A stretch of DNA of 63,992 bases, the filler included, from an uncultured bacterium (GTDB lineage: Bacteria > CAZSTA01), in the NCBI GenBank assembly GCA_964609495.1. It is 4 parts of 4 records of this genome, joined end to end, with 100 filler letters (N's around TTAATTAATTAA, not from the genome) between each part and the next. Parts side by side here need not be neighbours in the genome. Positions count along the whole stretch, not along the records: positions 36,265 to 53,750 come from CAZSTA010000063.1; positions 53,851 to 63,992 come from CAZSTA010000132.1; 2 more parts are not named here. One strand, 5' to 3'. The notes under the pieces were generated by a model. It saw only the letters and a list, made by a program, of their open reading frames with translations, did no database searches and was not told where the DNA came from. How positions within the stretch are numbered: the first letter of the stretch is position 1; the number at the start of each line of letters is the position of its first letter. This document shows, in pieces, positions 46,155 to 55,341 of the stretch. The position numbers and the translations under genes were made by a program.

Positions 46155-49100
46155 ATGGGCGATAATAATAACAATAAGAAAATAGGATCTGTTTTAGTTG
46201 TTGGTGGTGGTATCGCTGGCATCCAATCCTCCTTGGATTTGGCAGATTCGGGGTTTAAGGTCTATCTAGTGGATAAATCTCCAGCTATCGGGGGAACTAT
46301 GGCTCAATTGGATAAAACCTTCCCTACTAACGACTGCTCGATGTGTATCCTGGCTCCTAAGCTGGTGGAGGCGGGAAGACATCCCAATATTGAACTCATA
46401 ACTATGGCGGAGCTCGAGAGCATAGAGGGAGAAGCAGGGAACTTCAAAGTGAATGTTAAAAAGCACCCTCGCTATATAGATGAAGATGCCTGCACTGGCT
46501 GTGGTGATTGTGCTTTAGCTTGCCCTGTTGAATTGCCCTCGGAGTTCAATGAGGGTTTGGGTATGCGTAACGCGGCTTATCGCCCCTATCCTCAAGCGAT
46601 CCCCAATCTCTTCGCCATTGATAAGCGGGGTATCCCTCCCTGCCGAGCCGCTTGCCCAATAGGGGTCAACGCTCAAGGCTATGTGGCTTTGGTTAGTAAG
46701 GGGGAATTTCAGAAAGCCCTTGATCTAGTTCGCGAGACCAATCCCCTGCCTGCTATCTGTGGGAGAGTATGTCATCATCCGTGTGAAGAGAAGTGTAGCC
46801 GGGGCGATGTTGATGAGCCGATAGCAATCGATGCGATAAAGCGATTCGTATGGGATTGGGAGAAAGCTAACAATAGGAACGCGAGAGAGGAGAGCCTTCT
46901 GAAACAGCGAGCTGAGATTCAGAAGAAGGGGGAAAAGGTAGCGATCATCGGATCTGGACCAGCAGGATTGACCGCTGCCCACGATCTGATCAAAGCTGGC
47001 TATGATGTTACCATATTCGAGGCTCTGCCGGTAGCTGGTGGTATGCTGGCGGTCGGCATCCCCGATTATCGATTGCCTCGCGAGGTCCTACAAGATGAAA
47101 TAGATGATATATTAAAGCTCGGAGTCGAGCTCAAACTTAATACCGCTTTAGGCGAAGATATAACGATAGAAGGGCTTTGGGAACGAGGATATAAGGCGAT
47201 CCTCCTCGCGGTAGGAGCCCATATAAGCCGTAAGCTGAGGATCCCTGGCGAGGATATGGAGGGAGTAGTTCATGGGGTTGACTTCTTGAAAAAGGTTAAC
47301 CTTGGCGATGAATCTGCCAAATCCCTCGTGAAAGGCAAGCGAGTTGCTATCATCGGTGGTGGTAATGTGGCTATCGATGCCTCTAGGACTGCGATCCGCC
47401 TCGAGGCGGAGGAAGTTACTATCCTCTATCGAAGATCGAGGAAGGAGATGCCAGCCAACGAGTGGGAGGTCGAGGAGGCTGAACATGAAGGGGTAAAGAT
47501 CCAATTCCTCACTGCTCCTACGAGAGTGATCGGGGAGGACGGAAAGGTAACGGGAATAGAATGCTCGCGGATGAAGTTAGGAGAGCCTGATGAGAGCGGA
47601 AGGCGTCGTCCTATCCCCATCGAGGGAGCGGAGTTCGTCGTAGATTGCGAGGTGATCATCCCAGCTATCAGCCAATCAGCCGATCTCTCCTTCAGCGATG
47701 ATCTGGCTATAACTCGATGGGGAACTGCTGAGGTGGATCCCGAAACGCTTGCCACTAATATCAAGGGAATATTTGCCGCGGGAGATGCGGTGAATGGTCC
47801 GGGAACGGTCGTAGAGTCTATGGCTGATGGTCGAAGGGCCGCTCAAGCGATGATGAACTTCCTCTCCAATGATGGTCAGATCGAGATCAAAGTTAAAGCA
47901 GAGCCAACCAAGGAAATGCCACTTCTTGAGGAGTGCAGTTGGCTCACCGAAGAGGAAATAGAGAAGATCGAGCCCAAACCCCGTCAAGTGATGCCTTCTC
48001 TAGCGGCTGAGGAAAGGAGAGGTTCCTTCTCCGAGGTGGAGTTGGGTTTCACCGAAGAACAAGCGATAGCCGAGGCAAAGCGTTGTCTGGAATGTGGTGT
48101 ATGCTCTGAGTGTATGGAGTGTGTGAGGGCTTGTGAGGCGGAGGCAGTTCGCCATGAGATGATAGAACAAATAATCGATCTTACAGTTGGAGCATTGATT
48201 TTGGCGCCTGGCTTCGATGAGTTCGACCCGCGAATCAAAACTGAATATGGTTATGATCGATATAAGAATGTATTAACTAGCATCGAATTCGAGAGGATGT
48301 TGAGCGCTTCAGGACCCTTCGGAGGACATCTGATGCGTCCCTCCGATGGTCAAACCCCTAGAAAGATCGCCTTTATCCAATGCGTTGGCTCCAGAGATGC
48401 GGAATGTGGAAATGAATATTGTTCCTCCGTATGCTGTATGTATGCTACTAAAGAGGCGGTTATCGCTAAGGAACACCAGCGAGATCTAGAGGCGACCATC
48501 TTCTTTATGGATATGAGAGCGTATGGTAAGGACTTCGATAAATACTACGAACGAGCTAAGGATGAATATGGAGTTCGATATGTGAGATCGAGAGTTGCCG
48601 CCACAGATGAGGATCCAAAAACCGGCAACTTACTGATAAATACCGAACTGGAGGATGGGACGCTCGTCAAAGAGGAGTTCGATCTGGTGATCCTCTCGGT
48701 AGGGCTAGAGCCATCCCACAGTATCTGGGAATTGGGGAAAAAATTAGGTATAAAGTTGAATCGTTATGGATTCTGCGAAACTACTACCTTTATGCCGCTT
48801 GCTACCTCTAGGGAGGGGATCTTCGTCTGTGGAGCGATGCAAGGACCGAAGGATGTTCCCGAAACTGTTATGCAGGCCAGCGGTGCAGCCGCTCAGGTCA
48901 GCGCATTATTAGCGGCTGAGAGGGGGACGTTGGTTACGAAGAAGGAATATCCTCCTGAGAGGGATGTCAGTGGTGAGCCTCCAAGAATCGGGGTATTCGT
49001 CTGTCATTGTGGAATCAACATCGGAGGAGTGGTGAACGTTCCCGAGGTTGTGGAATATGCTCGCCACCTTCCCGGGGTGGTATATGCGGAGGAGAACCTC

Positions 49101-50711
49101 TATACCTGCTCTCAGGATACCCAGGAAAAGATGCAGAAGGTAATAAAGGAGCATAATCTCAACCGGGTGGTCGTGGCTTCCTGCACGCCGAGGACTCACG
49201 AGCCGCTATTTAGAGAGACGCTTCGTCAGAGCGGTTTGAATAAATACCTCTTCGAGATGGCGAATATCCGCGATCAATGTTCCTGGGTACATATGTTCGA
49301 GCCAGATAAAGCTACGGAGAAAGCTAAGGATCTGGTGCGAATGTCAGTAGCTAAAGCTGGGCGCTTGGAGCCTCTAGTGGAGAGAACTCTGCCGCTCACC
49401 AAGAAGGGATTGGTCATCGGTGGGGGGATATCAGGTATAGCCGCCGCCTTAGCCTTCGCTGATCAGGGATATGAGTCCTACTTGATCGAGAAGGAGGACG
49501 AGCTGGGAGGCAATCTGAGGAAGATATATTATACCGTGGAGGGAGATGATACCCAGGCTTATCTCGCCTCGATGATCGAGAAGGTCGAGAATAACGAGCT
49601 GATCCATATCCATACTGGCACCGAAGTCCAAGATGTAGCTGGATTTGTGGGGAACTTTACAACTACTATCAACAGGAACGGTGAATGCCAAACAATAGAT
49701 CACGGGGTCATAATAGTTGCTACTGGTGCTGAGGAGTATAAACCCAAGGAGTATATGTATGGGCAGGATGAGAGGATCATAACTCAACGGGAATTCGAGC
49801 AGAAGCTCGTCGATCCCTCCGACAAATTGGTCGATGAATTGAAATCGGTCGTTATGATCCAATGCGTCGGCTCTCGTAACGATGAACATCCTTACTGTAG
49901 TCGTATCTGTTGCACTGAGGCAGTCAAGAACGCCCTGAAGCTCAAGGAGAGAAATCCCCAAGCCGAGGTCTATGTTCTCTATCGAGATATGAGGACCTAT
50001 GGCTTCAAGGAGGAGTTCTACAAGGAAGCGAGGGGAGAGGGAGTCCTCTTCATACGCTTCGAGGAGGGAGATGAGCCTCAGGTTGTTAAAGATAATGGCA
50101 AGATACGGGTGATAACGAGCGATCCTGTTCTGAAGGAGAAATTAGCCTTCGATCCTGATCTACTTGTCCTCTCCGCGGCGACTGTAGCCCCAGAGAGCAA
50201 CAAAGAGCTAGCTCAGATGTTGAAGGTGTCCGTCAACGAAGATGGCTTCTTCCTGGAGGCTCATATGAAGCTTCGCCCAGTCGATTTCGCTACAGATGGT
50301 ATCTTTCTCGCGGGATTAGCCCATAGTCCCAAGCTAATAGAGGAGAGCATAACCCAAGCCCAAGCAGCTGTATCGAGAGCTTGCACAGTCTTATCTCAGG
50401 ATTTCATTCGAACGGAGGGTATAGTTTCCTCCGTAAATGAGATGCTATGCTCTGGTTGTGGAGACTGCGAAGCACTATGTCCCTTCGAGGCGATCGAGAT
50501 GGAGGTCAAGAAAGTTCCCTTCAAGGGAGAGAAGCTGGTTGCAGTCGTCAATGAAGCTCTCTGCAAAGGATGTGGAGCCTGTGCAGCTACCTGTCGCTCA
50601 GGAGCGATAAGCCTGAAGGGCTTCACCGATGCTCAACTTTGGTCTTCAATCCAATCCCTGCTCGACGAGAAGGAAGAAGAGAAGAAGCTCGTTACTGTAG
50701 GTAGGCTATGA
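46155..50711 (+). CDS. hdrA: Large HdrA-like flavoprotein (HdrL type): HdrA, GltD-like NAD(P)H module, second HdrA
   Basis: GGGIAG, LDKTFPTNDCSMC; PPCRAACP, CGRVCHHPCE, GSGPAG, GGGNVA, YRR; CVGSR/CSSVCC; CHCG, SCTP, ANIRDQCSWVH; CSRICC; C-terminal ferredoxin. Confidence 0.93.
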   Translation: MGDNNNNKKIGSVLVVGGGIAGIQSSLDLADSGFKVYLVDKSPAIGGTMAQLDKTFPTNDCSMCILAPKLVEAGRHPNIELITMAELESIEGEAGNFKVNVKKHPRYIDEDACTGCGDCALACPVELPSEFNEGLGMRNAAYRPYPQAIPNLFAIDKRGIPPCRAACPIGVNAQGYVALVSKGEFQKALDLVRETNPLPAICGRVCHHPCEEKCSRGDVDEPIAIDAIKRFVWDWEKANNRNAREESLLKQRAEIQKKGEKVAIIGSGPAGLTAAHDLIKAGYDVTIFEALPVAGGMLAVGIPDYRLPREVLQDEIDDILKLGVELKLNTALGEDITIEGLWERGYKAILLAVGAHISRKLRIPGEDMEGVVHGVDFLKKVNLGDESAKSLVKGKRVAIIGGGNVAIDASRTAIRLEAEEVTILYRRSRKEMPANEWEVEEAEHEGVKIQFLTAPTRVIGEDGKVTGIECSRMKLGEPDESGRRRPIPIEGAEFVVDCEVIIPAISQSADLSFSDDLAITRWGTAEVDPETLATNIKGIFAAGDAVNGPGTVVESMADGRRAAQAMMNFLSNDGQIEIKVKAEPTKEMPLLEECSWLTEEEIEKIEPKPRQVMPSLAAEERRGSFSEVELGFTEEQAIAEAKRCLECGVCSECMECVRACEAEAVRHEMIEQIIDLTVGALILAPGFDEFDPRIKTEYGYDRYKNVLTSIEFERMLSASGPFGGHLMRPSDGQTPRKIAFIQCVGSRDAECGNEYCSSVCCMYATKEAVIAKEHQRDLEATIFFMDMRAYGKDFDKYYERAKDEYGVRYVRSRVAATDEDPKTGNLLINTELEDGTLVKEEFDLVILSVGLEPSHSIWELGKKLGIKLNRYGFCETTTFMPLATSREGIFVCGAMQGPKDVPETVMQASGAAAQVSALLAAERGTLVTKKEYPPERDVSGEPPRIGVFVCHCGINIGGVVNVPEVVEYARHLPGVVYAEENLYTCSQDTQEKMQKVIKEHNLNRVVVASCTPRTHEPLFRETLRQSGLNKYLFEMANIRDQCSWVHMFEPDKATEKAKDLVRMSVAKAGRLEPLVERTLPLTKKGLVIGGGISGIAAALAFADQGYESYLIEKEDELGGNLRKIYYTVEGDDTQAYLASMIEKVENNELIHIHTGTEVQDVAGFVGNFTTTINRNGECQTIDHGVIIVATGAEEYKPKEYMYGQDERIITQREFEQKLVDPSDKLVDELKSVVMIQCVGSRNDEHPYCSRICCTEAVKNALKLKERNPQAEVYVLYRDMRTYGFKEEFYKEARGEGVLFIRFEEGDEPQVVKDNGKIRVITSDPVLKEKLAFDPDLLVLSAATVAPESNKELAQMLKVSVNEDGFFLEAHMKLRPVDFATDGIFLAGLAHSPKLIEESITQAQAAVSRACTVLSQDFIRTEGIVSSVNEMLCSGCGDCEALCPFEAIEMEVKKVPFKGEKLVAVVNEALCKGCGACAATCRSGAISLKGFTDAQLWSSIQSLLDEKEEEKKLVTVGRL

Positions 50712-50752
50712 AGAATAAAAGCGATCATATTAAGAAATCCTCTCTCCACAAG

Positions 50753-50791
50753 TCCCCTCTCCCCTCGTGGGAGAGGGATAGGGTGGGGGAG
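50753..50791. repeat. REP-like repeat (half unit) between hdrA and mvhD
   Basis: TCCCCTCTCCCCTCGTGGGAGAGGGATAGGGTGGGGGAG. Confidence 0.75.
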
Positions 50792-50858
50792 GTATTGAAA
50801 TCACCAGCTAATATTTGAACTTACTTGATTACTAGGCTAAGGGGGTAAATTCGCAATT

Positions 50859-51326
50859 ATGTCCGATAACGGAAGCGAGAAGCAAGGCACCGCTGAGGAG
50901 GATTGGGAGCCGACGATATTGGCTTTTTTATGTAACTGGTGTAGCTATGCTGGCGCTGATCTTGCGGGAACTAGCAGAATCCAATATCCTCCTAACATAA
51001 GGGTAATCCGAGTTCCCTGCTCAGCGCGAGTTAATCCAATGCTCATCATCAAAAGTTTGCAATATGGTGTGGATGGGGTATTAGTATCGGGATGTCATCC
51101 GGGAGATTGTCATTATATTAGCGGTAATTATCTGGCTAGAAGAAAATTTACTTTGCTTAAGAGTCTCCTGGAATATTTTGGAATCGAATCGGATAGGGTT
51201 CAATTCTCATGGGTATCCGCGGCTGAAGGGGGGAAATTCTCGGAGGTAGTTAAAAAGGTGGCGGATAGCGTCCGAGCTCTTGGCCCAGCGAAAAAGATGG
51301 TTAAAACTATGGGTGAGGTTGATTAA
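50859..51326 (+). CDS. mvhD: MvhD/FlxD-type [2Fe-2S] subunit
   Basis: FLCNWCSYAGADLAG, RVPCSARV, GCHPGDCHY.SGN, WVSAAEG. Confidence 0.95.
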   Translation: MSDNGSEKQGTAEEDWEPTILAFLCNWCSYAGADLAGTSRIQYPPNIRVIRVPCSARVNPMLIIKSLQYGVDGVLVSGCHPGDCHYISGNYLARRKFTLLKSLLEYFGIESDRVQFSWVSAAEGGKFSEVVKKVADSVRALGPAKKMVKTMGEVD

Positions 51327-51374
51327 CTCACTTAAAGTGCGAAGTCCGATGGCTTCGCTTGGAGTCTGTCAGTA

Positions 51375-51743
51375 ATGATAGCAGAAATAGTATGGGTCTC
51401 GATTCTAGCTCTTGGTGGATGGACGATCTATCTCTATATACGAGACCAGAAGGAAAGACACTGTTGTGTCGATCATTGTGTGCGAGATGGGATTCCTTCA
51501 AAACCTTGTTCGATCTGTGGAAAGCGTTCGGCTTATTGCCGTGAACATAGAGACTTTATGAGTAAGGATATGGCCTACTGCGAATTTTGTGGAGCTATCT
51601 TTTGCACAACTCACATCGATAGTAGCTTTCTAAATCCAGTAGAAGGACGTTATATAGGCTACTGGGAGATAGATGAGGATACTGCCGATGTCGCTTGTCC
51701 CCGTTGTGGGAGAGGCCCTGTGAGGGAATATAAAGGGGATTAA
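51375..51743 (+). CDS. Hypothetical membrane-anchored Cys/His-rich (zinc-finger-like) protein
   Basis: N-terminal TM helix; CSICG...YCREH, CEFCG..FCTTH, CPRCG. Confidence 0.6.
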   Translation: MIAEIVWVSILALGGWTIYLYIRDQKERHCCVDHCVRDGIPSKPCSICGKRSAYCREHRDFMSKDMAYCEFCGAIFCTTHIDSSFLNPVEGRYIGYWEIDEDTADVACPRCGRGPVREYKGD

Positions 51744-51785
51744 TTTCATCCCTTTTCCTGATAATCTAATTCAATTAAGAGGCTA

Positions 51786-52328
51786 ATGATGAAAAAGATA
51801 ATTGTAATATCGCTATTGGTAGCAGTGCTGTCTATGATCGGGGGATATTCAGCCTCGGCAGAACAGGGGAGATGGGGGCTTAAAGGCTCTATCGGGCTGG
51901 CTGTAGGGGCAACAAGTTTAGAAGGAAGTAGCCTTCCTTCCGCTGGAGAGGTATTAAGACTCGGATTAGAGTATGGTTTAACCCCTGCCCTTTCGATCGG
52001 AGGGGAGTTAAACTTCTATCTAGGTGGTTACTTCTTGTGGGCTGATGCTCAGGGAGGAACCACCTTATTTGCTAAATATAGCCTTGCTCCCGGATGGCGC
52101 TTTTCTCCCTATGTAGGAGCAGGATTGGAGTTCTTCAGCACCAAAGTGGAAACTAAGGGAGTCGAGAGGAAGGAGACTGGGACTGGAGTAGCTTTCTTCG
52201 GAGGGGCAGAGATATATCTTAATCCTGATATAGCGATAAATGGAGATATAAGATTATCCGTTGGAAGTGCTGACGATATTGATGCGGCTTGGCTATCCGT
52301 CTCCGCAGGCTCTACTATATACTTTTAA
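51786..52328 (+). CDS. Outer-membrane beta-barrel protein (OmpA/OmpW-like)
   Basis: Signal peptide ASA-EQ; alternating strands; SPYVGAGL; C-terminal Y-F. Confidence 0.75.
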   Translation: MMKKIIVISLLVAVLSMIGGYSASAEQGRWGLKGSIGLAVGATSLEGSSLPSAGEVLRLGLEYGLTPALSIGGELNFYLGGYFLWADAQGGTTLFAKYSLAPGWRFSPYVGAGLEFFSTKVETKGVERKETGTGVAFFGGAEIYLNPDIAINGDIRLSVGSADDIDAAWLSVSAGSTIYF

Positions 52329-52350
52329 GATGCATTATGTCTGATGTGGG

Positions 52351-52485
52351 GAAGAGGTTGAGCCGATTCGCATCAGTGGAGCGGGAATTCTAATGACGAT
52401 GGTTTGAGCTGATGGCTTTATCATCGTTCCTAAGAGCGGAGAGGGCTCCGAGCAAGGCGAGGAGGTAGAGGTATACTTGTTCTAA
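52351..52485 (+). pseudogene. moeA: MoeA C-terminal domain remnant
   Basis: EEVEPIRISGAGILMTMV*ADGFIIVPKSGEGSEQGEEVEVYLF*; internal TGA at 52405; no start or N-terminal part. Confidence 0.7.
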
Positions 52486-52557
52486 CTTCAGCTAACAGAG
52501 TGAGCTATGGGTAGCATAAACGAAAAGTAGTTTGGTTATTTCAAGCGAGATAAATAT

Positions 52558-53307
52558 ATGGCACCAAAGAAGGAACTATTACAGAAAAAAGCTGTTGAAT
52601 TAATAAAAGGCAATCCAAAAGGATTAAGGTATACCGAACTTCAGCGCGAATTGCAAAACTATTTTCCGAATACTCCACCAAATACTATTAAGGGATCAAT
52701 TTGGAATTTGGATGTTACTAGTAAAGAGGTGTATAAACCTACCAGAGGCCTTTTCAAATATAGATTTGCCAATGAAGAAGAAATAGAAGAATCTATAGAA
52801 ATAACAATCCCACGTATAAAAGAAGAGGATTTTTATGAACCGTTTTCCGATTGGATTAAAAATGATCTGGGTGAATGTACAGAAGCAGTTGCTTTTGGAA
52901 GAAATTATTTGGGGAAAAAATGGGGTACGCCAGATGTCATCGGAATATACAAACCATCACTAAGAGATGTCGTAAAATTTCAACCAGAGATAATCTCTGC
53001 GGAGATTAAAATAAATCCATCGGATCCAATAACTGCATTTGGTCAGGCGATAGCATATAGATTATTTAGTTCAAAGGTATATTTGGTAGAACCTAATACT
53101 ATGCTTCCTGAAGATCAAGATAGAATAGAAGCATTGTGCATCTTATTTGGAGTTGGTTTAATTTTATTTGATTTAGATGTTAAAAATCCTAATTTTGTAA
53201 TACGAGTGAGAGCTCAAAGATACACTCCAGATATGTTCTATGTAAACGAATTTGCAGATAAATTATACAACACGAAGAGAGATGTTTTTAGGAAACTATT
53301 TGGGTAG
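52558..53307 (+). CDS. Putative HTH plus PD-(D/E)XK nuclease-fold protein
   Basis: N-terminal wHTH-like segment; EEDFYEPF..W, TPDVIG, SAEIK, AFGQAIAYRLFS.KVYLV; AT-rich. Confidence 0.65.
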   Translation: MAPKKELLQKKAVELIKGNPKGLRYTELQRELQNYFPNTPPNTIKGSIWNLDVTSKEVYKPTRGLFKYRFANEEEIEESIEITIPRIKEEDFYEPFSDWIKNDLGECTEAVAFGRNYLGKKWGTPDVIGIYKPSLRDVVKFQPEIISAEIKINPSDPITAFGQAIAYRLFSSKVYLVEPNTMLPEDQDRIEALCILFGVGLILFDLDVKNPNFVIRVRAQRYTPDMFYVNEFADKLYNTKRDVFRKLFG

Positions 53308-53425
53308 AAAAATGTAGAGATTTTACATATAGAAGAGTTTGTCAAAAAACCTCCTGAAATAGGCAAAAGATACTCATTGCATTTTATGATCAATGGGATA
53401 AAAATAAAAGGTAAAATAAAGAAGA

Positions 53426-53750
53426 TTGAAGATTATGAACATTATTGGGAATCAAGGAGTAAATTTAGATATCATCGAAGAACTATCAAAGAAGCCAGAG
53501 ATATTCACTCGTAGTGAAGAACTGTTTTGGGATGATCCGCATATTTCCAAGCAAATGCTCAAAGCCCATTTAGACCCAGAGCGGGATGCGGCAAGCAGGA
53601 ATCATAAAACAATACGTAAATCAGTAAATTGGATCATATCAACGCTTAACCTTCCAGAAGGTAGTCATATACTAGATTTAGGTTGCGGTCCAGGATTATA
53701 CAGTTCTCTGCTTTGCGAGCGCGGATATAGGGTTACAGGTATAGATTACT
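53426..53750 (+). CDS. Class I SAM-dependent methyltransferase, 3'-truncated by contig edge
   Basis: FWDDPHISKQMLKAHL, ILDLGCGPGLY, VTGIDY. Confidence 0.85.
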
Positions 53751-53850
53751 NNNNNNNNNNNNNNNNNNNNNNNNNNNNNNNNNNNNNNNNNNNNTTAATT
53801 AATTAANNNNNNNNNNNNNNNNNNNNNNNNNNNNNNNNNNNNNNNNNNNN
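53751..53850. other. Artificial contig linker
   Basis: N44-TTAATTAATTAA-N44. Confidence 0.98.
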
Positions 53851-54000
53851 CCTCCCCTAGCCCCTCCCGTCAAGGGAGGGGGAACTAAAGAGATCGAGCT
53901 TATCTCGATGTTCCCTAAAAGGTAACTTTTTTGCAGTCAATAGAACTCATGGTTAAAAAGTTACCTTTTCCCCTTGTGGGAGAGGGATAGGGTGAGGGGG
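53851..54000. repeat. REP-like cruciform repeat carrying a 45-bp MITE-like insert (53921-53965)
   Basis: CCCCTCCCGTCAAGGGAGGGG...[GGTAACTTTTT...AAAAAGTTACC]...GTGGGAGAGGGATAGGGTGAGGGGG. Confidence 0.8.
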
Positions 54001-54055
54001 AGAATCACATTCCCCAGCACAAAGTTTTACATGCTTACCTGGTTCTTAAAGGCAC

Positions 54056-54084
54056 TTGACAAAGGCTTTAAATTGTGGTAGTAT
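54056..54084 (+). promoter_or_regulatory. sigma70-type promoter
   Basis: TTGACA-N17-TAGTAT with extended TG. Confidence 0.6.
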
Positions 54085-54125
54085 TATACGGCTACTGATA
54101 GTTATTTATCGGAGGAGGTAGATCT

Positions 54126-55154
54126 GTGAAAGTAGGTGTGTTAACTGGGGGAGGAGATTGCCCTGGGTTAAATGCTGTTATTAGAGCGATAGGCTGGAAG
54201 GCTATAGACTACTACGGGTATGAAGTGATCGGGGTAATAGATGGTTGGGCAGGACTGCTCAAGGGCGAGGTCAAGCCTTTGGATAAAGAGGCAGTATCAG
54301 GAATACTCCATCTGGGAGGGACTATCTTAGGAACCTCTCGTACTAATCCTTTCAAGTCGGAGGATGGACCTAGTAAGGTTATTGATAATTTTAGGAAACT
54401 TGAATTAGAAGCTTTGATCGCAATCGGTGGGGATGATACTTTAGGCGCGGCTAATAAATTATATGATATGGGATTACCCATAGTAGGGGTCCCCAAGACT
54501 ATAGATAATGATCTTTCCTGCACTGATTATACTTTTGGCTTTGATACTGCGATTAATACTGCCACCGAGGCTATAGGAAGATTACACAGCACTGCGGAGG
54601 CTCATCATCGAGTAATAGTAGTAGAGGTTATGGGAAGACATGCGGGTTGGGTAGCACTGATGTCGGGATTAGCTGGGGGAGCTGATTATATCTTAATTCC
54701 AGAGTTTGAGCCTGATATAGATGATATGTGTAGGGTCATTAAAAAGAGGTTGGATAGGAATAAGCTATTCAGCATTGTAGTTGTTTCTGAAGGCACTAAG
54801 CTCGAGGGAGATAAACTTGTTCTTCAGGATGTCGAGCTTGATGATTATGGGCATGTTCGCTTAGGTGGTATCGCGAAAGTTATCGCTCAGGAAATCGAAA
54901 GGCGAACGGGGGTAGAGACTAGAACCGTGGTCCTTGGTCATGTCCAACGAGGAGGACCTCCGACCGCATTCGATAGGATATTAGCCACTAGATATGGTAT
55001 TGCGGCTATAGATCTAGTAGCCAAAGGCGAGTTTGGGAAGATGGTGAGCTTACAGGGGAATAAGATAGTTTCTGTGCCTCTGGAGGAGGCTGTAGCGGAG
55101 ACCAAAGCTGTAGATCTTGAGATGTATGAGATCGCTAGGGTGTTCTTTGGTTAA
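54126..55154 (+). CDS. pfkA: 6-phosphofructokinase, likely PPi-dependent
   Basis: TGGGDCPGLN, GGTILGTSR, GGDDT, PKTIDND, EVMGR, LGHVQRGG. Confidence 0.95.
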   Translation: MKVGVLTGGGDCPGLNAVIRAIGWKAIDYYGYEVIGVIDGWAGLLKGEVKPLDKEAVSGILHLGGTILGTSRTNPFKSEDGPSKVIDNFRKLELEALIAIGGDDTLGAANKLYDMGLPIVGVPKTIDNDLSCTDYTFGFDTAINTATEAIGRLHSTAEAHHRVIVVEVMGRHAGWVALMSGLAGGADYILIPEFEPDIDDMCRVIKKRLDRNKLFSIVVVSEGTKLEGDKLVLQDVELDDYGHVRLGGIAKVIAQEIERRTGVETRTVVLGHVQRGGPPTAFDRILATRYGIAAIDLVAKGEFGKMVSLQGNKIVSVPLEEAVAETKAVDLEMYEIARVFFG

Positions 55155-55341
55155 GATTCCTCCATTTGTTAAAAGGTTGAGGTTAAGCTTTTTCCGAAAA
55201 GCTTACTAGAGCTTATCTCTGTGGGTATTTGTAATCGAGCGGATTAGGGGATTCCGTCTTCATTATCTTTGTTAAATCACCGGGAATTTTAAAATTTCTT
55301 AAGGAAAGGAAGGAGGAGATCGGCTTAAAGCCGAAATACTT

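Noticed and set aside
49449-49961. Long antisense or alternate-frame ORFs (e.g. 49449-49961, 7018-7485, 39931-40356, 59484-59666)
   Set aside because: Shadows of well-supported genes or translations of palindromic repeats, with no motifs or SD.
43101-51326. Evidence for methanogenesis or an archaeal origin
   Set aside because: The same contig has a sigma70 promoter and an OMP gene, and the window has efp and accB; HdrABC-MvhD is widespread in anaerobic bacteria.
52405-52407. In-frame TGA as selenocysteine
   Set aside because: It falls at a non-Cys position of a startless MoeA fragment; a nonsense mutation is simpler.
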